Positions 47,515 through 58,515 of a stretch of 64,000 bases of DNA are shown here, piece after piece. This DNA comes from Candidatus Delongbacteria bacterium (GTDB lineage Bacteria > CAIWAD01): positions 1,536,001 through 1,600,000 of the forward strand of contig OY760505.1 of NCBI GenBank assembly GCA_963663545.1. The letters are read 5' to 3'. Within the stretch, counting starts at the first letter, position 1, and each line of letters starts with the position of its first letter. The position numbers and the translations under genes are program-made. The notes beneath the pieces are model-generated. The model saw only the letters and a list, made by a program, of their open reading frames with translations, was not told the origin of the DNA and ran no database searches.

Positions 47515-49167
47515 CTAGTTGAGTGTCACGCCAATAATCACCGGGTCGTGATCCGAACTGCGGTAAGGGTCGATGTGATACAACTCTGGGTTGCGGTACT
47601 CGAGGTTGTAATCCAGAATTCGCGGCTCATCAGCATTGATATGCCATAGCATCACACCACGTATCTGGCGACCCAGGGTTGGCGTGCAGAAGGCGTTATC
47701 CAGTGCGCAAGCCTGTCCGCGATAAACGTAGCTGTAGCGGTCAGCAGCATCGACGCGCTGGAGCAACTGCTCAAAGCCTGCATCTTCGATGGTCAGCACC
47801 GGATCTTCGCCGGCACAGGCGTTATAATCGCCCACAAGCAACACATCGTCATCACCGGAGCGCACGCGAACCTGCTCCGAGAAAACAACCAGTGCCTGCG
47901 CTTGTCTCACACGCAAGGGATTCCAACAGCCCTGCCCCAGATCCTCTTCTTCGGGGGGTGCGCCATGACAGCCTTTGGATTTCAGGTGATTCACAATCAG
48001 GCTGAACTTCTTTTCGGCGTTTTCTGCCAGCGCGAAGGTTGCCGCAAGAGGGGGCCGGGAAAACACATCGTCGGAACTACTGATGGCGTCGCCAATCTGA
48101 CGCAAATGAGTATCACGGTAAATAAGCGCAACACGAATACGGTCGCCGCCCATGCCGTCGTGCGGAAGCCCGACACTTCGGTAGAGACGATCAGCGTCCT
48201 GTCCTGCGTTCAAGTGTGATACAAGATCTTCCACTACTGCATTGCCGTTGTTTTCGATCTCGATCAAGGCCACAATATCGGCGTCCATGGCCTGGATGGC
48301 CGACACGATCTTGGCTCGCTGACGTTCCAGTTCGGCCGGATTGTCGGCACCACGATCCCCCAGGCTGGTGAAATAGTTGAGCACGTTAAAGGAGGCCACC
48401 CGCAGCTCGCCGTCCAGAATTGGCGCAGGCGGACGGGGATTATCGCGCTCGATAAGGTAGCCCGGCAGCGGGTGGATCACGAAGGTGTCGCCATCACAAT
48501 CCAGAATGCCGCGCAGGTTCACCACGCCGTCGCCCACGCGCGGCGGAACGCCATCGCTCAGCAGGTGCGGTAGCGGATCAGGATTCTCCACGCGCGAACC
48601 ATCGTCCAGCCAGATCGACCAACGTGGTGCGGGCACGTGCTCCAGATCGTGCATCACCCAATTGGTGCCGTTGTACATCCGCGACTTCGGTGCCAGCATC
48701 AGCTGCCCGTAGCGGCCGTACTGGTAGCTGTCGCAGACCACCAGGGGGCAATCCACCTCCACCAGGGCACCGCAGGCCTTCTCGAACTGGGCCGTGCCGG
48801 TCAAGTCGGCTTTCAATACGCGGGGTGCGGGCAGCGCGTGCTCGCCCAGCACCTCTACCTGGCTGGCTTCCAAAGCGGGATGACCGTGCACGATTTGTGT
48901 CACGCCGCTGACCTGGACCTCGCTGCCAGCTGCGGGAGAATCGCTGCTGCGCACGAAAATGCCAAAGGCCTGTGCCAAACCGCTTTCTGCATCCTGCAGA
49001 TAAAAGCCGCCCAGGCCGGGAAAGACTGCGGTTACCACGCCACGACACTGCACCTGACTGTCGGTGTCCGCCAGCCGTGCCTGCGTCGCGCTCAAAGATG
49101 CCACCTCGGCAGCGCACAGATTCGCACCGATCAGCAGCGCCAACAGACCAATTCTCACAGGGCTCAT
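47515..49167 (-). CDS. ExeM/NucH-family extracellular endonuclease
   Basis: GVVTA..GFYLQD OB fold, ASFNVLNYF, EIEN, VNHLKSKG, GDYNA, YSYVY, INADE, SSDHDP. Confidence 0.88.
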   Translation of the reverse strand: MSPVRIGLLALLIGANLCAAEVASLSATQARLADTDSQVQCRGVVTAVFPGLGGFYLQDAESGLAQAFGIFVRSSDSPAAGSEVQVSGVTQIVHGHPALEASQVEVLGEHALPAPRVLKADLTGTAQFEKACGALVEVDCPLVVCDSYQYGRYGQLMLAPKSRMYNGTNWVMHDLEHVPAPRWSIWLDDGSRVENPDPLPHLLSDGVPPRVGDGVVNLRGILDCDGDTFVIHPLPGYLIERDNPRPPAPILDGELRVASFNVLNYFTSLGDRGADNPAELERQRAKIVSAIQAMDADIVALIEIENNGNAVVEDLVSHLNAGQDADRLYRSVGLPHDGMGGDRIRVALIYRDTHLRQIGDAISSSDDVFSRPPLAATFALAENAEKKFSLIVNHLKSKGCHGAPPEEEDLGQGCWNPLRVRQAQALVVFSEQVRVRSGDDDVLLVGDYNACAGEDPVLTIEDAGFEQLLQRVDAADRYSYVYRGQACALDNAFCTPTLGRQIRGVMLWHINADEPRILDYNLEYRNPELYHIDPYRSSDHDPVIIGVTLN

Positions 49168-49315
49168 CTCTGCCTCGTTCTGGACTTCATTGCATTCATA
49201 ATCAGTGTGCAATGTAGTGATCTACGGAGCAGACAGAGCCTTGGCGGGCCGCAAAGGAATGCGAAGCTTCTGCGCACACCGAGCGAAAGCTGCGCAAGCC
49301 TGTTACATTGGAAGC

Positions 49316-50497
49316 ATGCCATCACGCCTGTATCCAGACTTGAGCTGGTGGATCCGCCTTCTGCGCGGCTGCCTGCTCGCCTTCGGTCTGCTGATTGCCC
49401 TCATTGCAATCGGCGAGCTGCTGCGCATTCACGAAGCCCTGTATCACATTCACGCTTGGGCGGGACACAGCTTCCTGATTCTGCTGGCCGTCTTTGCGGG
49501 TTGGGTACTGATGATGCTCGTACGCTTCTTCGTGAGCCGTCCCGTTGTGATGCCCGACCTGCCCTCCATTGAGCCGCTCGAAACGGCCAGCGCCGGGCAA
49601 CTGAGCGAGTATCGCGAGCTGCTGCTCCTGCACGCAGAGCGTCTGCTCACAAGCAGCGCCTTGGATGATGTGTTACGCCAGCAAAGTGCCGAAAGCCTGG
49701 AAAAAGTATCCGTACGCCTGCGCGAGATTCCCATGACCGCCGGTCACGAGGAGCTGGCACACCGCCTGCAGGAGGCCGAGGCCTTGTTCATGCAACCGCT
49801 GTTGGCCAAGATCGATCAGAGCGTCGAGGAGGAGATTCGCCGTAGCACGGTAGAGGTGATGACCGCAGTAACTCTCTCGCCCTGGCATTCACTGGATCTT
49901 GGCGTAGCCCTCTACCGCGGCACGCGCATGGTGCTCAACATCTCCGCATTGTATGGAAGCCGCCCAACCTTCCGCGAAAACCTGATCATTTTCCGTGATG
50001 TGCTGGGCGCAGTTGCCACCGTCAGTTTGGTCAACGCAGGTCAAAAACTGATTGAAGGTCTAGCGCGTCAGCTTCCCGGTATTAGCCGCATCGTCGACGA
50101 TATCATCCAAGGAATTGGCGCCGGCTATTTCATCAATCTGGCGGGTTGGGCCGCCCGCGATCGTTGCCGCAGTCTGCATCGCTGGGAACCGGCACGCGCT
50201 CGTCTGCGCCTGCACCAGAAACTGAGCCGCTACGTCAGCGATCTGCGCAGCTATCTGATTGGCGACCTGTGGAGTACATTGTGGAAACGCATGCGCGGCA
50301 GCGACGAGAACGAAAGCGACAAGTTGCGCGATGCCTTTGACCGTGCTCTGCGCGAACTCTCCGACAAAATGCGCGAGAGCGACCCTGAACCGGCAACGCC
50401 CCAGCCGCATGGCACCGTGCTGACTCCGCTGGGCCAATTTGCCATTCGCGCCCGCCGCGCTCCGGGCGACATCATTCGCAAGTTACGCGGAGAATAA
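49316..50497 (+). CDS. YcjF/DUF697-like membrane protein
   Basis: Two TM helices, TLSPWHSLD, LYGSRP, QGIGAG motifs. Confidence 0.7.
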   Translation: MPSRLYPDLSWWIRLLRGCLLAFGLLIALIAIGELLRIHEALYHIHAWAGHSFLILLAVFAGWVLMMLVRFFVSRPVVMPDLPSIEPLETASAGQLSEYRELLLLHAERLLTSSALDDVLRQQSAESLEKVSVRLREIPMTAGHEELAHRLQEAEALFMQPLLAKIDQSVEEEIRRSTVEVMTAVTLSPWHSLDLGVALYRGTRMVLNISALYGSRPTFRENLIIFRDVLGAVATVSLVNAGQKLIEGLARQLPGISRIVDDIIQGIGAGYFINLAGWAARDRCRSLHRWEPARARLRLHQKLSRYVSDLRSYLIGDLWSTLWKRMRGSDENESDKLRDAFDRALRELSDKMRESDPEPATPQPHGTVLTPLGQFAIRARRAPGDIIRKLRGE

Positions 50498-50578
50498 TCC
50501 ACACCGCCGCGGCTTGCGCAGCGGGTTTGCCTGCCCTAACTTGGGCTCAATCATCGTCACAGACATGCGAGGTTCATT

Positions 50579-51775
50579 ATGTGGAACAATACCGTGCGCG
50601 TCGCCAGCGCCTTACTGATGATCGTTCTGCTGGCCTGCACCAGCGCAATTGCCGAGGACAGCCGTCAGGTACCGGCAACCGGCATGGCCAACATCGAGGG
50701 CAACAACACCATGGCCGCTCGCGACGCAGCCATTCGCGACGCCATGCGCAAGGCGGTGGAAACCGGCCTGGGCACCATGATCGAGAGCCAGACCGTCGTC
50801 GAAAACTTTGCCCTGCTCAACGATAGAATCTACAGCCGCTCCCAGGGCTTCGTCAGCAGCTACGAGGTCATCTCCGAGAAGGAGGAGCACGGCAGCTATG
50901 TCGTCGCGATAAATGCTGTGGTCAACATGAATCAGCTCGGCAACGATCTGCGCAGTATCGGCATGCTGCAGGATATGGTGGGCAAGCCGCGCATGATGAT
51001 CATGATCGACGAGTACTGGTGGGATCCCGGTCTTCCCGCCAGCCAGCAGCGCGCAGTGGAAGACCCCAGCAGCGCCGCCCGCATCGCGGAGAACTTCATC
51101 AACCGCGGTTTCTCGTTGGTCGATCGCGATATGGTGGCCAAGCTGCGCTCGCAGGAAATGATGATGATGCAGGATCTGATGGACAATCCCGACGCCATGG
51201 GCGATCTGGCCCGCAAGGCGGCAGAGGAGTATCAGGCTGAAGTGCTGATCATCGGCACTTGCAAAGTCGAACCCGTATCCGATACTGGTGGCCGCTACAC
51301 GGCAAACGCCGTCTTCGACTGCAAGATGGTCAACACCTCCACGGGTGCGATGATCGGAGCCAAGCAGTACAACCAGTCCGGTGCCAGTGTATCACCGGAG
51401 GGTGCCCGTAGTCAGGCCGCCATGCGCGCAGGCGACGGTGTCAGCTCCACGCTCATTGACCAGGTGCTGCAGCATTGGCAGGCCAAGGCCAACAACGGCC
51501 AGGATTTCATTGTCAAACTTTATGGTGTCGAGAGCTACGTGCAGCAGGGAATGCGCTTCCTGAAGGCCCTGAAGGGCATCGCCGGTGTGACACAGGCTCA
51601 GAAGCGAACCTGGGATGAACCGTTACAGCGCATGGAAGTAGACGTCACCTACAAAGGCGGAGATGTGGACGACTTGACGATGGCCATTGTTGAAGCGGTG
51701 ATGGATCAGCCGGGCTTCGAGAACATTGACCTGCGTGAGTCCAAGGGCAACAACATCAACCTCTACTTGAAGTAG
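50579..51775 (+). CDS. Exported protein with FlgT N-terminal-like domain
   Basis: Signal peptide, G.A......AR..AI.DA.RKAVE...IES.T pattern. Confidence 0.6.
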   Translation: MWNNTVRVASALLMIVLLACTSAIAEDSRQVPATGMANIEGNNTMAARDAAIRDAMRKAVETGLGTMIESQTVVENFALLNDRIYSRSQGFVSSYEVISEKEEHGSYVVAINAVVNMNQLGNDLRSIGMLQDMVGKPRMMIMIDEYWWDPGLPASQQRAVEDPSSAARIAENFINRGFSLVDRDMVAKLRSQEMMMMQDLMDNPDAMGDLARKAAEEYQAEVLIIGTCKVEPVSDTGGRYTANAVFDCKMVNTSTGAMIGAKQYNQSGASVSPEGARSQAAMRAGDGVSSTLIDQVLQHWQAKANNGQDFIVKLYGVESYVQQGMRFLKALKGIAGVTQAQKRTWDEPLQRMEVDVTYKGGDVDDLTMAIVEAVMDQPGFENIDLRESKGNNINLYLK

Positions 51776-51796
51776 CCCACTAGAGCACGATTCGCA

Positions 51797-51830
51797 GGGA
51801 TCCTTCCGGTTCGCCGCGAAGGATCCTTTT
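51797..51830 (+). terminator. Rho-independent terminator
   Basis: GGGATCCTTC-CGG-ttcg-CCG-c-GAAGGATCC followed by TTTT. Confidence 0.7.
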
Positions 51831-51846
51831 CATAGGAGGCCAGGCA

Positions 51847-54033
51847 GTGACATCGGCACGGCGAGTATTCCCTCTTCTTCTGATCCTCGGTTTGCTGTTT
51901 CCCCTTCACCTTTACGCGGCTTCCCCCGAGTTGGCTGTGACGGGGCTGTACCTGGCCGCTGGGCGCGACGTTGACGCGGATTTTGTCCAGGCGCGCGGTG
52001 GTGAGCTGGTGCAGCAGGAAAGCGCAAAACTGGTGCAGCGTCTATCAGCGGTCGACGGCTGGCGTGTTGCACCGGATTTCATCAGCGATCCTGCAGCAAG
52101 CATTCATAGTTGGCAAGAGGCGGGTAGTCGCATTTATGTGCGCGCCATTGTGACACGCGCAGATGCACGTAGCACAACCTACTTCGGCGGTATCACCCTT
52201 TGGTTGCTGAATGTCGGCACGCGTCTGGAATTCTTCGATCTGCGCAGCGGCCAAGTGCACTATGGATGCAGCTTTACGGTGCGCGTACCTATCGAAGCGG
52301 GCGCAGAATTGGATCCGCAGCTTCGCAGCGAACAATATGCTCACGCGCTCACACGCAGCCTGGAGGAATGCTGTGCACGCGCTGCGCGCGAGTACAAACC
52401 GGGCACTCTCGAGTGTCACGTTGTGGATCGCGAAGGGAGCGACGTCATTCTGGATCACGGCCGCAAGAACGGTTTGCTGGCGGGTCAAGTGCTCGCGTGC
52501 AGTGATGGAAGCGGCGCCGGATGGATGCTGCGTATCACGCATGTCGAGGAGGCCTTCAGTCTGGCAAGTGTGCTCGCATCAACGGGCATCGCGCCCATGC
52601 CTCCGCGTGGATCACGCGCAAACTTGGATGGCATCAACCAGGGCAACACGCAGGGCTCGGCCATTGCCGTCGCTGGTGTGAATCCCGGTGCCAAAGAAGC
52701 GTTGGATCCCAGCTTTCTGGTTGAGTCCGCCACCATGGCGCAATGGCTGCATGACGCGCTTGTGGACAAGAGCGAGTTGCGCATGCTGCCGCCACTATCG
52801 GTGAGTGCTGCCGGTGACGCCGGATCGCTGGCGACAGCCTTCTTCCATGCTCAGGCTGATTTCAGCGCAGTAGGCGACATCGGCCAACAGGACATCATCG
52901 GCCATCGCGCACTGCCGGATCTGCTGATTCGTGGCACCATTACTCACGCCGTTAATCTGCGCAGCCAGCGCCTGGGCTACGAGGCGCAAACCCTGCGTCT
53001 GGGACTATTGCTCGAGCTCTATGATCGTCGCACGCGTGAAGTGCTAAGCGTTGTATCACATGAAGTGACACGACTGGAGAAGCAGAACGAGCGTTATCAC
53101 CAGGTGGACTTGGAGACAGCTTGGCGTGAACTGGCCCAGCAACTCATGCGTGAAGGCGCAGCACTGCTGGCAAAGAAGCCCCTTGGCCAGAGCCGTGAGT
53201 TTGTGCTACAGACGAACAGCACTCCCGAACGCCTGTTGCTGAATCAGCCTGCCCCTGCGGGAAGTCGCGGAAGTCTGCTCCGGACATTGCGCGAGATTCG
53301 TGATACAAAGGGAGTCCTCCTTGGCAACCTGCGCAAGGAAATCGGTGTTGCCAGTGTGCGCTTCGACGGTACCGCCCAACTGCTTCTTGGCGATGGGACC
53401 AGCACGCCTCAACAAGGCGACATCTTACTCCTGTCACACGGAGTACAGGCGAGCAAACCCGTCGTCATGCTGGGCGACCTGAACATTGGTGGCCCCAAGG
53501 TGCGCGAAGACTGGGCTCCGACGCCAGCTCTAGTACTGACTTGGGCACATCGCGAACTAAGCCTTGCCGACTGCTTCCGATTGCTTCCGCCCGCGCGTTT
53601 GGCTGCAGAAGCCGGTGCGGCAGAAGTGGCAATGGCAATGGGGGAATTCACCGCCACCAATATGTCCGAGCTGATTATGCAGGATGAGCCTGCACCCGAG
53701 TTGCTACTCAATCTGCGCGTTGGCCTGGGACGCTGGGTAGTCGAAGAGGACAAGTTCCGCAATCGTGTTACCTTCACTACCGGTGTAGAAGCCACATTGG
53801 TACGCGCTGATAACGGCGAGGCCGTCGCCTGGTTCAGCACAAAGGACGGGCCTTCGGCGAGTGTAAAAAAGTCCTGGAACCTGGTCCGCGAGCAGGAGCT
53901 TTCGCAGGGCAAGGTGGTGCAGGGTGTCACGGAGACAGAGTTTCCCGAGCAATTGGATCAATGCCTGGAAGAGTGCCTACGTCAGCTTCTGGGAACGCTG
54001 GGCGATCAGCTCGTGATACAACCACTTGACTAA
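51847..54033 (+). CDS. Large exported hypothetical protein (possible FlgT/CsgG-like modules)
   Basis: Signal peptide, RBS AGGAGG, VILDHG..NGL..GQ segment; 728 aa. Confidence 0.55.
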   Translation: MTSARRVFPLLLILGLLFPLHLYAASPELAVTGLYLAAGRDVDADFVQARGGELVQQESAKLVQRLSAVDGWRVAPDFISDPAASIHSWQEAGSRIYVRAIVTRADARSTTYFGGITLWLLNVGTRLEFFDLRSGQVHYGCSFTVRVPIEAGAELDPQLRSEQYAHALTRSLEECCARAAREYKPGTLECHVVDREGSDVILDHGRKNGLLAGQVLACSDGSGAGWMLRITHVEEAFSLASVLASTGIAPMPPRGSRANLDGINQGNTQGSAIAVAGVNPGAKEALDPSFLVESATMAQWLHDALVDKSELRMLPPLSVSAAGDAGSLATAFFHAQADFSAVGDIGQQDIIGHRALPDLLIRGTITHAVNLRSQRLGYEAQTLRLGLLLELYDRRTREVLSVVSHEVTRLEKQNERYHQVDLETAWRELAQQLMREGAALLAKKPLGQSREFVLQTNSTPERLLLNQPAPAGSRGSLLRTLREIRDTKGVLLGNLRKEIGVASVRFDGTAQLLLGDGTSTPQQGDILLLSHGVQASKPVVMLGDLNIGGPKVREDWAPTPALVLTWAHRELSLADCFRLLPPARLAAEAGAAEVAMAMGEFTATNMSELIMQDEPAPELLLNLRVGLGRWVVEEDKFRNRVTFTTGVEATLVRADNGEAVAWFSTKDGPSASVKKSWNLVREQELSQGKVVQGVTETEFPEQLDQCLEECLRQLLGTLGDQLVIQPLD

Positions 54034-54047
54034 GCGGGAGTGAGACA

Positions 54048-54821
54048 ATGAGTCTGCTTTCTACCTATACGACCGACAGCGTCGCACTTGTGTCCATCTC
54101 CCGCCCAGGAGCTCAGAACCGCTTGAACCGTGCCCTGGTGGACGAGTTACGGGCCTGCGTGCAGCGACTCAACGAGGACCACAGCGTTCGCGCAGTTGTG
54201 CTGAGCGCTTCCGGCTCCCATTTCTGCGGTGGTGTGGATCTGGAATCCCTTCCACCCAGCGACAACACAGATTCCCTGCTGCTGGCAAAGGATCTGCTGC
54301 ACCTTATGCGCGAGATCCGCGAGAGCCCCTTGACCTGGATCGCCGCTGTGCAAGGCCCGGCCTTTGGAGCCGGTCTCGCCCTCGCTGTTGCCTGTGACCT
54401 GCTGATGGCCGATCGTGAACACGCAAGCTTCGCCTTTCCTGAAACTCAGCAGGGTTTGATTCCTGCGCTAGCCGCCGAGCATCTGATCTTGCGCATCGGC
54501 GAGCGGCACGCCCGGGACCTGTTGCTTAGCGGACGCACCATCAAGGCTCGCACGGCACAGCGCATTGGTCTGGTCAATGAGCTATCCGAGGGAGGCCAGG
54601 CTGTAGCGCTTGCGGGTGCACGAGGACGAGCGATTGCCACGCAGTGCAGTCGCGGCGCCGTGGCCGCCACCAAGCGTCTGTTGAATGATTTGTGGGGAAT
54701 GGGCAAAGCGGCCGATGACCGCTGTCTGCAGGCGTTCAGTCAGCAACTTGGCAGCGGCACCTATCGAAGCGCCTGGCCCTCCCTGTTGGCGGGTAAAAGC
54801 CCCGACTGGCAAAACGAGTAG
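54048..54821 (+). CDS. Enoyl-CoA hydratase/isomerase family protein
   Basis: ISRP..QNRL, FCGGVDL, GPAFGAG..L..ACD, FPE..GLIP. Confidence 0.85.
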   Translation: MSLLSTYTTDSVALVSISRPGAQNRLNRALVDELRACVQRLNEDHSVRAVVLSASGSHFCGGVDLESLPPSDNTDSLLLAKDLLHLMREIRESPLTWIAAVQGPAFGAGLALAVACDLLMADREHASFAFPETQQGLIPALAAEHLILRIGERHARDLLLSGRTIKARTAQRIGLVNELSEGGQAVALAGARGRAIATQCSRGAVAATKRLLNDLWGMGKAADDRCLQAFSQQLGSGTYRSAWPSLLAGKSPDWQNE

Positions 54822-54825
54822 GCGA

Positions 54826-55365
54826 TCAGCGTAACAACTCGTGGGCAAGATCCCTGTGTATCACGCGGTACGCGGGACGATAGAGCCTCCCATACTGCAT
54901 CGTGTGGTGCATGCCGGGGAAGCCCAAGCTGGCCATCTTCAACCCCAGTTCCTTGGCCGTGTCCGCCGAAAAGGGCATCCGACCCTCTGCGGCCAGCAGC
55001 ACAACCGTCTGCCAGTAGTCAAGGAACTCATCGCGATTTGCGCTTCGTGTGTCACAAGTTTTTACGAAGGCGCGCTGCAGCCATTCTGCCGTACCGCCTC
55101 TGTTCAGGTAGGGACGAAAATTCAGGCGTACAATCCCTCCCGTCGCACTGATCGTCTCCAGCAATTCCTCTTTCATGCCGGGAGACGTGGCAAGCATGTC
55201 CAGTTCGTTCTGAATCACGCGCAGAACGTAAGCAGGGTCCTGCGGGGGTGTGCAGCCTAGCGTGGCTTGGTGACACAGCTTGTACATGTCGTCGAGCTGC
55301 ATTTGCGGACGGCGTTCAATGTGATACAGCAACAGCGCTCGTACAGTGGAAACTTCGTTCGGCAT
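54826..55365 (-). CDS. Conserved hypothetical protein
   Basis: P.MQLDDMYKLCHQ, VRLN.RPY, HH...Y...YRPAYRV; last gene of the mutS run. Confidence 0.65.
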   Translation of the reverse strand: MPNEVSTVRALLLYHIERRPQMQLDDMYKLCHQATLGCTPPQDPAYVLRVIQNELDMLATSPGMKEELLETISATGGIVRLNFRPYLNRGGTAEWLQRAFVKTCDTRSANRDEFLDYWQTVVLLAAEGRMPFSADTAKELGLKMASLGFPGMHHTMQYGRLYRPAYRVIHRDLAHELLR

Positions 55366-55366
55366 C

Positions 55367-55894
55367 TCAGGACCGCTGCACCTGGCTGAGCAGAGTTGAC
55401 AAATCACCTTCCGCGCGCACTTGAACAGCCAAGCCGCCGCTAGTGAGATGCAAAGCCAGTTGGTGCACGAGCAGGCCTGGAGCTCGCAATTGAAGCAGTT
55501 TACGCCACGAGAACAACAAGCTGTCTCCACGCCGTGTCACAGGAACATGAGGCGTGATACGTTCGGCAAGCTGATCCAGTAGTTTGCCGCGCTGCGAATC
55601 AATAAGGCTCTTTGCCATGGCATTGAGCATGCCGTTCAACTGCAACTCCAACTCGAGCAGGCCAATTTCCAACTCGTCCTCACGCACAGCCAGCTGTAGT
55701 CGCGCGCGCACAGGAAGGACATCGGGCAACATGGGAATGCGCTGTGGCAGCCGCACGCTCGCGTGCAGGTCCAGGCCTTCCTTGCAGGCATCCACCCGAA
55801 GCGACTCCAACTCGGCGCGAGCCTCAACGGCGCGCTGGGCCAGTGCGTTCAACTCGGTGGCATCCAGCCAAAGGTTCAGTGGCTCAAGCTTCAT
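55367..55894 (-). CDS. Hypothetical protein
   Basis: TAATG overlap with mutS stop; Leu-rich 175 aa. Confidence 0.55.
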   Translation of the reverse strand: MKLEPLNLWLDATELNALAQRAVEARAELESLRVDACKEGLDLHASVRLPQRIPMLPDVLPVRARLQLAVREDELEIGLLELELQLNGMLNAMAKSLIDSQRGKLLDQLAERITPHVPVTRRGDSLLFSWRKLLQLRAPGLLVHQLALHLTSGGLAVQVRAEGDLSTLLSQVQRS

Positions 55895-58515
55895 TATCCA
55901 TCCAGACTGTGTTTCAGCTCTATCAATAATTGCATTGCCTGCAGCGGAGTCATCTGCTCCACATCCGCCTCACGCAGCTTGCGACGCAGGTCCTGGTCAG
56001 GCGAGCTGAACAGAGTAAGCTGCTGCGCCGGAGCGGACTCGGCCACACGAGGTACCTGCTGTAGCGTCGGCGTTAGATCAGCCGAATACTCGTGGGCTTC
56101 CAATTGGCCAAGGACCTCGCGGGCACGTTGTATCACAGTTCCAGGTAGACCAGCCATGCGTGCTACATCAATACCGTAGCTGTGACTGCAACCCCCTGGC
56201 AACACACGCCGCGTAAACAACACGCGATCGCCGTACTGACGCACTTCGATGTTGTAGTTGCGCAGACGCACCAGGCTTCGCTCCAGATCCACGAGTTCGT
56301 GATAGTGCGTCGCAAACAGCGTTAAGGGACGGCACTCGCGGCTGTCGTGTAAATACTCGGTGATCGCCCAGGCGAGTGACAAGCCGTCGAAGGTGCTAGT
56401 ACCGCGACCGATCTCGTCCAGTAGCACCAGACTGCGCGATGTGGCGTTGTTCAGGATGAAAGCCGCCTCGTTCATCTCCACAAGGAAGGTGGATTCACCG
56501 CGGGCCAGGTTATCACTGGCGCCAACACGTGTGAAAATCTGGTCGCGCAATGGAATGCGTGCTACAGCCGCCGGGACAAAGGAACCCATGTGCGCCAACA
56601 GAGTGATCAACCCCACCATGCGCAGATAAGTGCTCTTGCCCGCCATATTCGGCCCCGTCAGCAGCATCAGTTGCTCGCGCTCGCTTGAAAGCACCACATC
56701 GTTGGGAATGAAGCTTTCCCCTGCAGGCAACACCTGCTCGATAACAGGATGCCGGGCTTCCGTCAGGTGCAGCTCGCCGTCGTCCACGACCTGCGGTTCG
56801 CACCAGTTCTGCCTAACGGCCACAGTGGCCAGACAGAGCAGCAGATCCAACTCCGCCAACCTCGCTGCATTGCGTTGTAACACGGTGAAGTGCGGAATCA
56901 TCTCCTGCACTAGCTCCCAGAAGAGCTCCTGCTCCAACTCACAAATGTGCTCTTCGGCGTGGAGGACCTTGTCCTCGTGCTCCTTCAGATCCTCTGTGAT
57001 GAAGCGCTCAGCGTTGGCTAGTGTTTGTCTGCGGATGTAGCTCTCCGGCACACGATCCAGATTGGAGCGTGACACTTCGATGTGATACCCGAAGACACGG
57101 TTGTATTTGATTTTCAGACTGCTGATTCCGGTGCGCTCGCGTTCTCGCTCCTCGAAGCGTTTCAGCCAGTCCTTGCCCGTGGCGATGATTTCGCGCAGCT
57201 CGTCCAGGCGTGCGCTGACTCCATCGCGAATCAATCCACCCTGATTGATCGCGAGCGGAGGCTCGGCCACAATGGTCTGCTGAATGCGACAGAGCGTGTC
57301 CGGTAGCGGGTCCAACGCCTCTCGAAGCTCGATCAGGCGCCCACTCTCCTTGTCGGAAAGTGTATCACGGAGTCCAGGAATCTCGCTCAGCGCCGCTGCC
57401 AGAACCCGCAGGTCACGTCCGTTGGCCTTGCCGGCAGCGAGTCGAGCCACAATGCGCTCCAAATCGCCGATTCGGGTCAGCGGATCATGAAGGCGATTTC
57501 GTGTATCACCGTCGTCCACCAGCTCGCGCACAGCCTGCTGCCGTTCGTGAATTTCACTCAGGACCGAAGGGAGGGTCCACAGGCGAGCAATGAGCAGGCG
57601 TCTTCCCATGGGTGTCAGCGTGTGATCCAGCACACTGAGCAGCGTCGGGCCATCGCCGGAGAGACTGTGTACCAGCTCTAGATTGCGCCTGGTGCTGGGG
57701 TCCAACAGCAGGTTATTGCTCAGGTCGTGACGGCGAATACCCGCCATGTGCACAGGATCGCGGCGCAGATTCTCGCGCAAATACCCCAGCAGGGCTCCAC
57801 AACTGGCAACGGCTCCCGGCTCATCTTCGATGCCGAATCCACGCAGTGAATGAACGCCGAAGTGCTCCAGTAAATCGCGCCGTGCTGTCCCCGCATCAAA
57901 AAACCAGTCTTCGATGCGTGTGACAACCGCCTTGGCACATATGGGTTTGAGCTGCTGTTGTTGGCTTCGTGATACAAGAATTTCGGCTGGCTCAAGCGAG
58001 GCGAGCATCAGGTTCAAATCTCGCGAACTGAACTCGCCCGTGTTGAACTCACCAGTGGTCACATCGGCCCAGGCCAGGCCGTAGCCCTTTTGTGTGACAC
58101 AAAGCGCGGCCAGAAAATTATTGGCGCTGTTGGCCGTGACGGCTGCGGTGAAATTCGTTCCCGCGGTCACGACCTCAACTACATCGCGCTTCACCAGTCC
58201 TTTGGCTTTGCGCGGATCCTCCACTTGCTCGCAGATGGCTACCCGATAGCCGGCGCGTACCATCTTCTCAAGCTGCGGCTCCAACTGGTGATACGGGAAG
58301 CCAGCCAGAGGAACATCCTCACCGCCCTGCTGTCCGCGTGAGGTTATGACAATACCCAGCACCTTGTGCGCCGTGTGGGCATCCTCAAAAAACATCTCGT
58401 AGAAGTCGCCCATGCGATAGAAGAGCACGTGCCCCGGATAGCGATCCTTGATCTCGGCATACTGCTTCAGCATGGGTGTGCCGTTCTTGCGGGTAGCAGA
58501 TGCGCTTTCGCTCAT
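55894..58515 (-). CDS. mutS: DNA mismatch repair protein MutS
   Basis: TPMLKQY, RMGDFYEMF, TGPNMAGKST, STFLVEM, DEIGRGT, FATHYHE. Confidence 0.96.
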   Translation of the reverse strand: MSESASATRKNGTPMLKQYAEIKDRYPGHVLFYRMGDFYEMFFEDAHTAHKVLGIVITSRGQQGGEDVPLAGFPYHQLEPQLEKMVRAGYRVAICEQVEDPRKAKGLVKRDVVEVVTAGTNFTAAVTANSANNFLAALCVTQKGYGLAWADVTTGEFNTGEFSSRDLNLMLASLEPAEILVSRSQQQQLKPICAKAVVTRIEDWFFDAGTARRDLLEHFGVHSLRGFGIEDEPGAVASCGALLGYLRENLRRDPVHMAGIRRHDLSNNLLLDPSTRRNLELVHSLSGDGPTLLSVLDHTLTPMGRRLLIARLWTLPSVLSEIHERQQAVRELVDDGDTRNRLHDPLTRIGDLERIVARLAAGKANGRDLRVLAAALSEIPGLRDTLSDKESGRLIELREALDPLPDTLCRIQQTIVAEPPLAINQGGLIRDGVSARLDELREIIATGKDWLKRFEERERERTGISSLKIKYNRVFGYHIEVSRSNLDRVPESYIRRQTLANAERFITEDLKEHEDKVLHAEEHICELEQELFWELVQEMIPHFTVLQRNAARLAELDLLLCLATVAVRQNWCEPQVVDDGELHLTEARHPVIEQVLPAGESFIPNDVVLSSEREQLMLLTGPNMAGKSTYLRMVGLITLLAHMGSFVPAAVARIPLRDQIFTRVGASDNLARGESTFLVEMNEAAFILNNATSRSLVLLDEIGRGTSTFDGLSLAWAITEYLHDSRECRPLTLFATHYHELVDLERSLVRLRNYNIEVRQYGDRVLFTRRVLPGGCSHSYGIDVARMAGLPGTVIQRAREVLGQLEAHEYSADLTPTLQQVPRVAESAPAQQLTLFSSPDQDLRRKLREADVEQMTPLQAMQLLIELKHSLDG

